DNA of 63,959 nt, counting the filler, from Octopus bimaculoides (lineage: Eukaryota): assembly GCF_001194135.2 (NCBI RefSeq). It is 7 parts of 7 records of this genome, joined end to end, with 100 filler letters (N's around TTAATTAATTAA, not from the genome) between each part and the next. Parts side by side here need not be neighbours in the genome. Positions count along the whole stretch, not along the records: positions 50,329 to 55,307 come from NC_068993.1; positions 55,408 to 60,313 come from NC_068982.1; positions 60,414 to 62,482 come from NW_026385258.1; positions 62,583 to 63,959 come from NC_068981.1; 3 more parts are not named here. One strand, written 5' to 3'. Shown piece after piece: positions 50,638-62,715 of the stretch (position 1 is the stretch's first letter; each line of letters opens with the position of its first letter). The translations under genes were made by a program, and so were the position numbers. The notes under the pieces are model-generated. The model did no database searches and was not told the DNA's origin. It was given only the letters and a program-made list of their open reading frames with translations.

Positions 50638-51379
50638 GATGAAACCCAGAACTAAATGGTTGGTAAGCAAGCTTCTTAATCATACAGCCATGACACTTGT
50701 TTACAAGACAGGATTCTTTCAGTTTCCATCTACCAAATCCACTTACAAGGTTTTTGGTCTGCTTGGAGCTAGAGTACAAGATACTTGTCTGCAATACCAC
50801 ACAGAGATGAAATTCAGAACCAAGTGGTTAGGAAGCAAGCTTCTTTGCCATACATACAGCCACTTCTGCAACACAGTTTAAATAAGGAACCAATAGAAAA
50901 TACAGTCAATTGTGTTTTTCACATTTTGATTGTGATTTCCAACTAATAAAGTTCAAGGACCTACTCTGCCTTTGTATTCCTACAGGGATACAAAAGAAAC
51001 ACAGATGATATTTGATAAGGGACTTTAACCTTTTTATAGAAGAGCTGTGTTAATCTAACTGTCTGCCTGCCTGCCTGCCATTTCAAATACTACAGGGGAA
51101 AAAAACGTCATTCCCTTCAAAGAAATTTTTTTATAAATGTCTTAATATTTCAGATAGGCTATTCTTTTACTTGTGTCAGTCACTTGACTGTGGCCATGCT
51201 GGGGCACTGCCTAGAAGAGTTTAGTTAACAAATAGACCCCAGTACTTATTTCAAGCCTGGTGATTAATCTGTCAGTCTCTTTTTATTAAACCACTTTGTT
51301 AAAGGATGTAAACAAACAATAAGACATACACACACACACACACATTCATATAAAGTCATATTTAACACATTTGTGTATA

Positions 51380-51605
51380 GGTGTGGCTGTGTGTTAAGTT
51401 TGCTTCCCAACTGCATGGCTCTGGGTTCAGTCCTACTGCATGGCACCTTAGGCAAATGTCGTCTACAATAGCCTCAGACTGATAAAAAGTCTTGTGTGAA
51501 TTTGGTAGACAGAAACTGATAGAAGCCCATCATATACATATATATATATACTGGTGTATGTCTGCTTGTCCTCCACCAACCACCTGACAACTGGAGTTGC
51601 TATTT
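51380..51605 (+). mobile_element. Family 2 SINE
   Basis: GGTGTGGCTGTGTGTTAAG..GGGTTCAGTCC..GGTAGACAGAAACTGA, then (TA)n and the start of the 3' module. Confidence 0.85.
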
Positions 51606-51974
51606 ACATATATTAGAACAGCAAACAGCACACTTAGTAATGTGCATAAAACTTCGTCAAACTATAATTAGCTGAAGTTGCACAAATTTTCATATACCAA
51701 TTCAAACACAAGGCTTTGGTCGACCCATGGCTTTAGAAGATACAGCAATCACAGAGACTGAACCAAAACCAAGGAGGTTCCAAAGCAAACTTCTAAACCA
51801 TATTATTAATCTTATTTACACATTTTGATCAATTTTGCCTCTATATAAAGCATCGGTGGGACAGTGAATTAAAATGTTACTACATTTAGTTTAGAAACAA
51901 AGGTTCCTAGAGTGAATTCTGCCTGAAGCTGTGTTGACAGCTAAGGATAAGACATGGTCACAAATGAACATTAA

Positions 51975-52192
51975 CCCTTTAGCATTCAGATTATTCTGTC
52001 AAATGTAATATTTATTCACATCATTTTGAATTAATCCTACATTATCCTGTGGCTTTTGAGATGTTGCTGATGTGATTGTTTACTTTTAGAATGACTTTGT
52101 CGGGTAGGTGTGAGAGGCCAGATTATAGCTGGTTTGAACATAAAATAGGTAGAACATTCGGGTTGGGTATGGCCAACTTAAATGCTAAAAGG
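51975..52192. mobile_element. piggyBac-type MITE (218 bp)
   Basis: TTAA|CCCTTTAGCATT ... AATGCTAAAAGG|TTAA: 12-bp TIRs with one mismatch and TTAA on both sides. Confidence 0.88.
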
Positions 52193-52361
52193 TTAAACTG
52201 ACTGAAATCTAGTATAGATGTAAATGTTAAGAAATATGTTTTATCACTAAGGTTGAGGTGAATCATCATTTTAATGCCCAGAAATAAACTGGAACATCGG
52301 ATGAAAGCTAAAGATTACACCAAAAAACACACCATTGCTATATATATTCATCATTCGACAC

Positions 52362-52398
<37 letters not shown>

Positions 52399-53339
52399 NN
52401 NNNNNNNNNNNNNNNNNNNNNNNNNNNNNNNNNNNNNNNNNNNNNNNNNNNNNNNNNNNNNNNNNNNNNNNNNNNNNNNNNNNNNNNNNNNNNNNNNNNN
52501 NNNNNNNNNNNNNNNNNNNNNNNNNNNNNNNNNNNNNNNNNNNNNNNNNNNNNNNNNNNNNNNNNNNNNNNNNNNNNNNNNNNNNNNNNNNNNNNNNNNN
52601 NNNNNNNNNNNNNNNNNNNNNNNNNNNNNNNNNNNNNNNNNNNNNNNNNNNNNNNNNNNNNNNNNNNNNNNNNNNNNNNNNNNNNNNNNNNNNNNNNNNN
52701 NNNNNNNNNNNNNNNNNNNNNNNNNNNNNNNNNNNNNNNNNNNNNNNNNNNNNNNNNNNNNNNNNNNNNNNNNNNNNNNNNNNNNNNNNNNNNNNNNNNN
52801 NNNNNNNNNNNNNNNNNNNNNNNNNNNNNNNNNNNNNNNNNNNNNNNNNNNNNNNNNNNNNNNNNNNNNNNNNNNNNNNNNNNNNNNNNNNNNNNNNNNN
52901 NNNNNNNNNNNNNNNNNNNNNNNNNNNNNNNNNNNNNNNNNNNNNNNNNNNNNNNNNNNNNNNNNNNNNNNNNNNNNNNNNNNNNNNNNNNNNNNNNNNN
53001 NNNNNNNNNNNNNNNNNNNNNNNNNNNNNNNNNNNNNNNNNNNNNNNNNNNNNNNNNNNNNNNNNNNNNNNNNNNNNNNNNNNNNNNNNNNNNNNNNNNN
53101 NNNNNNNNNNNNNNNNNNNNNNNNNNNNNNNNNNNNNNNNNNNNNNNNNNNNNNNNNNNNCTGGGGGGATGCCAAGAATACTGGAGATCTCCACCACCAC
53201 AAGCTTGACCATAAACTTGACGGAGCAACAGATACCTTAACAGTTTGCTTTCCTCAGCCTAACAAACTAAGTTGCTGCTGAAGGTGTCACAGCATCCGGA
53301 ATCCCAGATGAGGAAGAAAACTGTCATACCGTCAGGTCT

Positions 53340-53570
53340 TTTACAATCTCCCAGTTACTTTCTCACTGGCTTTCTCTTTCGCATCATTTCTTGCTTTTTT
53401 AGCAGCAAGCACAGGATTGCCATCATTGCCTCTTCCATATTACTCCCAGCCATTGTCGTCTTTCTTCCATTACTCCTTCTGGTGCTATATCTTAAATTAC
53501 TCCAATCTTTATTATCCTGTAACCCACATCACTTTGTTTCTCTCGTTACACAATCAGTTCCTTCATCCTT
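53340..53570 (-). mobile_element. Possible decayed RTE-type LINE C-terminus
   Basis: VMEERRQWLGVIWKR..NWEIVKDL resembles RRLRWLGHV.R..W..VK.DL; many stops. Confidence 0.3.
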
Positions 53571-54959
53571 TCACCTGAATTCATTTTCTGTCATTGGCCT
53601 CTTCTCATTACCCTCTTGGCTACCTTGCCTTCAACAAACAGTAATGTGTTGAGGGCTCTTTAGTTTTGCAAGGTTTAAGGCAACCTAATTTAAGCCCCCC
53701 TATGTCTAAGGGGGTTAAGAGGATACTTAAGTTGTATTGAGGACATGACGTTTTTAGTGTTGGTGCCATGACAAAATGCCCCCAGTACACTTCAAACAGG
53801 AACCACGACGATCCAGTTAACCCATGACTGTGTGGAAAGTGAACATAAAATAATGGCAATGCTGGTGATGTTTAAGAGGTGTAATGGTTATGATATTATC
53901 TGTGGTTAAAGGTTCACTGTTTATAAAGGGCATTACACTGTCAAAAAACGACTGCTAAAACGAAAAATAATTAAGCAACCAATCTACACAGATAAACAGA
54001 AAAATGAATATAAACCAGTAAACATTATATGAATATTATTACATATATACACTCACACACCACGCATAAAGATTTCCTACTTTCAAAACATGCACAACAT
54101 GAATTAAAGACTTGTATATTTATTTAGTCGATTTCACACACATACATATGTATATATATTTGTAAACACATTTCTTAATTACAAAATACATACACACACA
54201 CGTGTGTATATATATATATATATATGATGCTAGAGAGTTAGGGGTTGAGGATTCAACCCACTAAGGGATAGTATCTATCCAATATACTGTTGGGAGGGTA
54301 CCCAATTATTGTTACACTAGTGTTATGCCAAGTGTAATAAGTGGGTGCGGATTTTACCCTAAATTTATATAGCAATTATAAAAAATATATATATATAAAC
54401 AGTATATTTTATCAATTTTATATTTATTTGTTAAAGTTATATATAAACCATATCTCATAAATTGCGTATTTATTTGTTGGAGTGGTATATACAACGCTTG
54501 TTTACCATCTCAAAAACACCAAACACACAGTTTCGAACAAGCTCCAAACGAGTAATAAACGCCCACCCAGCGAATGAACGTTTTAAGGTAATTATAGTTC
54601 TCAAACATAATATGAAAATACATTATTTTGTCAGAGAATGAATACTATACATGAATGAAGCGAATTCGTATTTTACCGGCATAAAACCGATAGATACCAA
54701 CATGATGCGATCACGAAGCTTTGAGTAACTAACCTACAATACTACCACACAGATACATATATAAAAGCACACACATCGCAACCAATATTTAATTAAACAG
54801 GTAAACTATATAATTAGAAATATAACTTTATGGCCCTCCTACAATCTTCATTATGTACACAATACGTTGTATAAACATACCGGTCTGTGTCTTCATCGTA
54901 CACACACCGACACTAAGATAAGAAAAAGAAACTATAATTTAATGGAAATGCTCAAATAC

Positions 54960-55093
54960 CTGTCGTCAGATGCTGAACTGAAGGCTAAAATATTTTTACA
55001 AGATAAACTGCAACAAATTTGATCGTCTGGACACCAGTCGTATAACTCAGAAGACACCTTGGCTGGGTTTTTGATAACATAAACGACTTCCAT
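54960..55093 (-). CDS. MED16: Probable first coding exon of Mediator subunit 16
   Basis: ATG at 55093 gives MEVVYVIKNPAKVSSELYDWCPDDQICCSLSCKNILAFSSASDD-AG|GTATTT. From memory it matches the human MED16 start MDLAYV..ACAWSCRNLIAFT..SDD. Open frame with a canonical donor. Confidence 0.75.
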
Positions 55094-55107
55094 GTTGACA
55101 ATGTTAA

Positions 55108-55115
55108 CCGGAAGT
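55108..55115. promoter_or_regulatory. ETS consensus CCGGAAGT just upstream of the putative MED16 ATG
   Basis: Exact motif 15 nt from the start codon; common at housekeeping promoters. Function inferred. Confidence 0.45.
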
Positions 55116-55259
55116 TATCCCAGAATTCTCTACTAAAGCTACTCGAACCTCCGCTTGTATTTTCGTATTTTGGTAGTATTTTACTGTTAGTTGCAGTCTC
55201 TCTCTCTCTCTCTTCTCCTCTCTCTTTATATATATTTAGATATTGTGCATGATATGCGC

Positions 55260-55307
<48 letters not shown>

Positions 55308-55407
55308 NNNNNNNNNNNNNNNNNNNNNNNNNNNNNNNNNNNNNNNNNNNNTTAATTAATTAANNNNNNNNNNNNNNNNNNNNNNNNNNNNNNNNNNNNN
55401 NNNNNNN
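55308..55407. other. Artificial scaffold spacer
   Basis: Same construct. Confidence 0.97.
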
Positions 55408-55491
<84 letters not shown>

Positions 55492-57649
55492 CATACATAT
55501 ATATATACATACATACATATGTACGTACATACGTACATACATACATACATACATATATGGATAGAATGAGAGGGAGAGAGAAAAAGAGAGGAGGAAAGAG
55601 TGAAAATATATACCACGCGTGTATATCAGTAAGTGAAAAAAAAATTTGAGAAATATTAAAAATAGAAAATAATATAAAAGGAATTTCAGACTATATACAC
55701 AAACAGAAGCCACAGAAAGACATACAGCCATACACACAAACACATATATAATCTTTCCTTCAGGGAAAAGTTCTATATGCGTATATATGTATATGTATGA
55801 ATATATAAGCAAGAAATAGAAACAAGAAAGAAAGTGAGTGATGTGGGGGTGGGTGGAAGAAGGGTGGAGAGAATAATAGAGAGGAAAACATATGAAGCGA
55901 GTTTTTGTTGGTTCGTTTTTCATTTTCCTGATAGAAAACGAAGGCAAAAAAATTTAGAGAGTCATCCGAAAAACGGAAAGTTTACAAATGTATGAATTAG
56001 TAATTAGATAAGTAAGCCAAGACACTGTCTCGCTGTCTCGTGGAAAACATTTCAATAATTCTACTGACATTCTGCCTTTAAAACACGACTTTAATATCAT
56101 TAAAAAAAAAAAAAAAACAGTCAAAGAGAAAGACCTACAGTGAAATAAAACAAAACGTGAAGAAACTACAGCCAAAACGAGTGTGGAGGAAACAAAGCAT
56201 TTAAACAGAGAAGTAGGAGGTGGAGGAGAAGAAAGAGGAAGACGATGAATTTAAACATGAACAAAAACAACAACGACAATGGAAAAAGAAGGATAACAGT
56301 CGTAACAAACGATGACAGCTATATTAAAATAGTGTCAAGAGAATATGTATTTTGAAATAACTGCTGTATAGATTGGTTTGTGACGATGAAGCTAGAATAG
56401 TGGTTGCAGGAATTGGAAAATGAAAGGCATACAGACACACTAATAAGAAAAATACAGTCAGATGTACATTACGCTTGTATGCAATACACATATACGCAAC
56501 ACATGTGTGAAGAAAAAGATGAATCGTAAGGGAGCTGAAGAACGAGAATAAAGAAATAGGAATAAAGAATATAAACAATATGTAAAGTTTTACTTATTAT
56601 AATGCGTGGGGATACGTGAAAACATACGCATATACGTACGCGTATCTCTCTCTCTCTCTCTCTCTATTTATCTATATGGTATATATATATATATATATAT
56701 ATATTTGCGTATGTATGTATGTAAGCATGTATGTGTGTATGCGTGTATGTGTGTGTATATACATGTGTGTGTGTATGCATATCCTGGTGAAAAGGATGGA
56801 GAAAGAATACGAACCAAATTGGATTTTTAACGTACTTCCTTCAGTGTGTGTGTGTGTGTGTGTGTGTGTGTTCGCGCGCGCGCACGTGTATTCCTGTTGA
56901 AAGTCCCAATTATTCCCCCCTTATCTTTTGTAAATATCATTGTAGCCTCAAATAGTCTCAGGTAGATATTTATGTTTATTTTACCAGTGTGATATTCGAA
57001 GGCAGTGTATATGTTAGTGTAAGTGGTTAGCTCTTGGAAGATCGATCCTATGATTCAGGTTCGATTTCTTCCCTATACCTATTCCACTTATACTACGAAT
57101 GACTTCAAGGAAGCCATGAATATCACAAATTCTCCAATACCCTTATCTTGAAGTAGGTAACACGAAATTACTTCTTATTGCATACTTATGATTATGATAG
57201 GCCAAGCAATTTGTCTTTAGTACTGTGCTACCATTCGTGATCGAAAGTGGCAAAATAAAAACAAAGTGAAAAGGAAAAACGCCCAGTGCAATAAAGGCAT
57301 TTGTTTAACCTTTGAGAAAGAAAATTATCAAAGAAAAGAATGATCAATTCTACTGACTTATGAAGTTGGGAAAATGGATGCTGTAACATTAATCCGATTA
57401 CCAAAGGAATTAATGGAGTAAGTGAAGTAGCTGGAATTAAGAACTACTGAATTCTCGGTAGTTCTTAACTGCATACTCGACTCACTAGAAGCTTACCACG
57501 TATTATATTTTTACCAGTTCTTTTTAGTATCTTCCCTTGATACAGATCAATCTATCAGTGAAGAGAAGGCGAAAATGAATGTGTTTAATAATAATAGATC
57601 GAACTTTAACTATAACTATATTTATCGCAGTCTTTTTCTATACCTGCGG

Positions 57650-57980
57650 ATACGGTACAGGGGATCATGAAAAGATCCATGCTAGGCATATTATTACGAT
57701 AGTATATTCGAAATGAGGTAATTCGAGAACAGGATCGAGCGAATGATGTGATCGCGGAGTACTAAAAGCGCAAGTTTCGCTGGGCCCGATATGCCGCAAG
57801 GATGACAAACAACAAATAAGTGGAGCAGTGAAGTTGCCGGATGGTATCCAATAGATCGGAAGAAACTACTCGGTAGATCTCCGAGACAATGAGAAGATGA
57901 CATCATCATACAATTCTGGTCCAAATGAAAGAGAAATATGCAATCAAAGAAAGAACTGAAGTGCATTGTGTTCAACAATA
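57650..57980 (+). mobile_element. RTE-clade LINE 3' coding relic
   Basis: MKRSMLGILLR*YIRNEVIRE..DVIAEY*KRKFRWARYAARM..WSSEVAGWYPIDRKKLLGRSPRQ*EDDI; typical RTE ORF end. Confidence 0.88.
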
Positions 57981-58219
57981 TATAAAGACATGTGATAGTC
58001 TGGTCAATGAAAGCACTAAAAACGATAACGATCGTTAAGAGGATCGTTACACAGTATACTTATTGCTTTCGCACAGAAGTATTATGTGAAGACGTTTGAA
58101 TATATAGCTCATGGACATGTAGTTGTGGGTTCAATTTCTGGCAAGAATTTAATGACATAGAATAACAAAAGAATCAAAAATGAAAAATATTAATCCTTTT
58201 TAATATTATATTACCCACT

Positions 58220-58395
58220 AGGCAGCGAGCTGGCAGAATCGTTAACACGCTGGACAAAATTCGTAGCGACATTTCGTCTATCTTTAAGTTCTGAGTTAAG
58301 ATTTCGCCAAGGTCGATAAAACAGTACCGGTCGAGTACTGGGGTCGATGTAATCGAATTACTCCTCTTGGGAAATTGCTGGCCTTGTACAAAAAA
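58220..58395 (+). mobile_element. tRNA-derived SINE, family 3
   Basis: AGGCAGCGAGCTGGCAGAATCGTTAAC..TTCTGAGTTAAG..GGGGTCGATGTAATCG. Confidence 0.85.
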
Positions 58396-58878
58396 TTTTA
58401 AACCAATATTCTATGATTCGTTCTAAAGGGGAAAAAAACAGGAAGAGTTCAACCAAAGATGAAACAATCAATACAGATGAATATTAATATATATTTATAT
58501 ATATTAATTCCCATTGCTATGAGGAATTCTCCGAGCGGCTACAAGACCTAAAAGTAACAGGCAAATATGACTGTGAGGTCAAGAAATTTGCATCGTAAAC
58601 ATATAGTTCCGATTCGATTCCACTGCATGCAAAGTTTGGTAAATATCTTCTATTTAACCTCGAGCAAACCAATGTCTTGTAAGTGAAATTTGGTTGACTG
58701 TGTATATGTATTTGTAAATGTCTTTATACAGAAGTGAATATAGAGTATGCGTGTCTATCTATCTATCTATCTAGCTAGCTAGCTAGCTATTTATTCGCTT
58801 TTAGTGTGATTAAATACAAAACCAATTAGAAATTTAACAATTAAACTAAAGAATTACTCAGTACACTTTGTAGAGTAC

Positions 58879-58977
58879 ATATTAAATTTTACAAGGAAAA
58901 GGCTGACAGTGCATTCGAAGTTTCGGTGTGATGAAGGCAAGTAATCCAAAAACTTCGAAGGCTCTGTCAATCTTTCT

Positions 58978-59034
<57 letters not shown>

Positions 59035-59915
59035 TGCGTAAATATGAAGGTGAAAAATTAAAATAATTTATTACCAGTGGTTCACATGCGCAACAAAACT
59101 CATAAGACATGACATATTTCATATATAAGAGTGTATAAAGAATTATACACAAAGAGAAGATCCTTGACAAGACTTCTTACATGCTAAAAGGGGCAGTTAA
59201 ACCCAAACCACGAAAAAAATAATTCTTAAGACAAGCTGTTAATGGCATTAGAGTGAACAAAATAAAAAAATTAGTTAATCCCATACTCGAGTTTCGATGT
59301 TAATAACCAAATAAATTAATTTGGCCTCCATAGCTTATCAATGGGATGGCTCAAGAATACATAATTATGTAGCTTTAATACGTACCAAAGATTGATAGCG
59401 CCTTCGAAGTTTTTGGATTACTTGCTTTCATCAAACCGAAACTTCGAATGCACTGTTAGCCTTTTTCTTGTAAAATTTAATATATTATCTCTTATGACTT
59501 TTATTACGCATGCAAACCACTGGTAATAACTTATTTTAATTTTTTACCCTCATATTTACACAGTAACATTTTCCAATTCTGAGGCCATATAGTACACAGT
59601 TTAAATTTATTTACTGCTGGAAAATTTGACTACGCTCGCGCACTAAATTTGAATCCATAATGTATAAAGATGGAGCTGTCTTGCGCACGTGTTTTTAGTA
59701 CGTATTAAAGCTACATAATTATGCATTCTTTAGCGATCTCACTGACGAGGTACAGATGCCAAATTAATTTATTTGGTCATTAATATGTTTACTCTAGTGC
59801 CATTAACAGCGTGCCTTAAGAATGATTTTTTCGTGGTTTGTGTTCAACTACCCTTTTTAGCATGTAAGAAATCCTGTCAAGGGTCTTATCTCTGTGCATA
59901 AATCCTTATACACTC
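58879..59915. repeat. Four-module inverted duplication (A B C D A' B' x D' C')
   Basis: A 58879-58975/59387-59483; B 59034-59107/59490-59563; C 59129-59259/59786-59915; D 59306-59385/59698-59777. Each pair is reverse-complementary. Confidence 0.9.
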
Positions 59916-59932
59916 ATATATATATATATATA

Positions 59933-60023
59933 CTAGCAGAAATACCCGGCGTTGCCCGGGTTAAAGAGAATAATGAAATCTAAAAACGCCGTCTAGACTA
60001 CGCATCATCTTTATATATAGAGA
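59933..60023 (-). mobile_element. 91-bp non-autonomous Helitron
   Basis: Minus strand A|TCTCTATATATAAAG ... CCCGGGCAACGCCGGG hairpin-8 nt-CTAG|T: 5'-TC, 3' hairpin plus CTAG, and an A|T target. Confidence 0.85.
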
Positions 60024-60142
60024 TGTATATACACACACGCACCCAAACACACGTATATATATGTATATCAATATAAATATATGAAAGTCAATGAAGTTTC
60101 GTAAAAGAAGGTGATCATGTACATACTTTCTTGCTGTTGTGA

Positions 60143-60313
60143 TTATAACACCTCATTGTAAACTATGTTCCTTGTTTTCCCTTGTGGAGCATATACAAAT
60201 AGGCTTTTTGTTGCTGCCCACTCTTGAGCAGCCAACATACAGTTGTCCATGTGAGAAGCAGGGCTCTTCCAAGAGAGGACCAGCTACAGACAGTGTTTGA
60301 CCTTGATATTTGT
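60143..60313 (-). mobile_element. Helitron PIF1 helicase C-terminus
   Basis: KYQGQTLSVAGPLLEEPCFSHGQLYVGCSRVGSNK/SLFVYAPQGKTRNIVYNEVL*, with one extra A causing a frameshift. Matches the SQGQ..FSHGQLYVA.SRV motif. Confidence 0.93.
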
Positions 60314-60413
60314 NNNNNNNNNNNNNNNNNNNNNNNNNNNNNNNNNNNNNNNNNNNNTTAATTAATTAANNNNNNNNNNNNNNNNNNNNNNNNNNNNNNN
60401 NNNNNNNNNNNNN
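60314..60413. other. Artificial scaffold spacer
   Basis: Same construct. Confidence 0.97.
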
Positions 60414-61637
60414 TACATACATAAGCACATACATATACACACATGCATACATACACGTGCAAACATACAAATATATATATATACACACATATCCACACAT
60501 ACACACATATATGTATATATATATAAAAACATAAACATATATATGCACATAAACATACATGCATCCAACCAAGCACATATACACACGTTTCTATATATTT
60601 TTTTTATTAATAATAACAACAAATATATATATACACAAAAATCTATACAAACACATATAGTTTCATACAAAAACATGAATGTATACACACACACACACAG
60701 AGATACACGTGTATATACGAACACTCATACACATACATTCACACACAGATATATATTTATGTATGTGTTGTTACATGTATATACATAGAGACTCATATGC
60801 AATAGTATACACTCCTTAGTACGTATATAAATACTGTCGATGTGTGGTAATTAGTAATAAAGCGGAGGGATATTTAAAGGAAGGTAATTCTTATATTAGT
60901 GAATGAGATATTAAATGATTGAAAATTAATTAATAAATAAATAAATAATAAGGTTAATGGGTGGTCTATTAATCTATATGAATGGATTATTTTATTAATA
61001 TATATGTAAGAAAAGTTGGGCTGAAGTAGGGGTTGAAAGAGTAAAGATTGCTTAAGAAGACAAAGTTAATATTATAAAGGTTTACTACAGCAATTCCATA
61101 AGATATCTATTAATGTAAAAGTTTTTTCAAGATTTGAAAACAAAAATATATTATATTCATCAGTAATTTATGCGTCATATAATGAGATATTTAAATGTTT
61201 GGGATATATCTTGTTACGAGAATAAATAATTAAACTAGGATTGTTTTAAAATTAAAGATGTTTCTAGATTTAAAAAACTCTCACTAAGAAAGCAAAGAAC
61301 ATAAACAACTCTTATTATTGCTGAATAAATTGGTGAATAAATTGGAAGTCGTAAATGAATGATATTGCGGTACAATGAAGTATGAAAAAGAATAAGTAAG
61401 GTTAATAGGGCATTGTATATTAGACAATTGTAGTAGGTAAAGTTTATTATGAATTAAACTAAAAATAATGCACTAGTGTGTGTTTAAAGATTTTGTAGGT
61501 GTTCTAATTTAGGTTTACAAATAAAGAATGTTTAGATAACATATGTCAATCGTAATCAATCTATGATATCTTTTAACATATGAGGGAGTAAATGTCATGT
61601 GTTTCTAGAACTATTTGAGGAACTAGTGTATTATGAG

Positions 61638-62480
61638 TTAATTTGATAGCGTTTTGTAAATAAGTGATTGATATTTAAACGCTGTAAACATGTGTTGCTG
61701 CCAATGTTTACATCTGTAAGAATTTTCGATGAACGTGTTCACCAGTTTACTCTTTGAAAATAATATGAAAAATAGCTCAGTATTACATAAAGGACAGAAT
61801 CTTCCACCCTTTTCATATGTCCTAGAAATAGAAAGAATAAGCCAGTCTAGTTTAAATTTTATGTTATTGTCTTTAAGTTCCCAAATTAATTTACTAAGGT
61901 TCGTGGTATTTCGTTTGTTTCTATCTCTAAAGGAAGAATAATGATTAGAGATTCTTGAGGATATTGGCGAAGAGGAAGATCCAATATAAAAGGAAACATT
62001 TGTAGGAGTACTGACCTGGCATTGATATATAGTGTTTTTGAGTTTAGCATTATCACTTAAGAAACTAATTTTTTTGCTATCAACTTCAGAAATAATGATT
62101 TTGTTGTTGTGACTATTATTATTATATATCATGTTATAATTATTGTTCCTTGGTTTATTATTAGTGTTATTATTGCAATTATGGTAAAGGTTTATAATGT
62201 CTGACTTAATGTTATTACTGTTGGTACTCTCTTGTGAATGTAAAAGGCTCATATTGTGTGCAGATATTATTTGTGAGATGTTTTTCGTGTTAGAGAAACC
62301 GAATCTAACCCTGTGCGTATTTATGACTGGGAAGTAATGAGAATGTTTTGGAAAATTCTTATTAACAGCATTTTGGAACTGGGAAACCAAGTTTGATTTT
62401 ACATTTTTACTAACAGGTATTATCATCCAGATATTTTTATTGGATTCTGGTTTAGAATATTTGCTATTATTATTTCTAAA
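61638..62480 (-). CDS. Penelope-like retroelement ORF 3' part (linker plus GIY-YIG endonuclease), open up to the gap
   Basis: NKNIWMIIPVSKNVKSN..FPKH..ISAHN..TIYQCQV..FYIGSS..RISNHYSSF..NLSKLIWELKD..CPLCNTE. No stops in about 280 codons. Confidence 0.92.
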   Translation of the reverse strand, partial: FRNNNSKYSKPESNKNIWMIIPVSKNVKSNLVSQFQNAVNKNFPKHSHYFPVINTHRVRFGFSNTKNISQIISAHNMSLLHSQESTNSNNIKSDIINLYHNCNNNTNNKPRNNNYNMIYNNNSHNNKIIISEVDSKKISFLSDNAKLKNTIYQCQVSTPTNVSFYIGSSSSPISSRISNHYSSFRDRNKRNTTNLSKLIWELKDNNIKFKLDWLILSISRTYEKGGRFCPLCNTELFFILFSKSKLVNTFIENSYRCKHWQQHMFTAFKYQSLIYKTLSN

Positions 62481-62482
62481 TA

Positions 62483-62582
62483 NNNNNNNNNNNNNNNNNN
62501 NNNNNNNNNNNNNNNNNNNNNNNNNNTTAATTAATTAANNNNNNNNNNNNNNNNNNNNNNNNNNNNNNNNNNNNNNNNNNNN
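62483..62582. other. Artificial scaffold spacer
   Basis: Same construct. Confidence 0.97.
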
Positions 62583-62715
62583 TATCCGTGGAAAGAAAAG
62601 CCTACGGAAAGACCACGGTAACCTTGAGCAATAATGTCATGCAAAAAAAAAATAATGCATTACAGTAAGTGACTTTCTTTTATCCTTTCTTTTCTTTTTC
62701 TTTTTTTTTTTTGGT

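Noticed and set aside
53272-53652. Continuation of tubulin (HPE motif)
   Set aside because: Only three residues match (HPESQM versus HPEQLI), and it lies beyond a spacer.
57796-57807. Second U6 fragment GCAAGGATGACA
   Set aside because: A 12-nt match inside the RTE reading frame with non-matching flanks.
58915-58960. Hammerhead in module A (TGATGA..AAAA with a TTCGAAGTTT/AAACTTCGAA stem)
   Set aside because: Core C3 and G12 are absent and there is no helix I; only a local hairpin.
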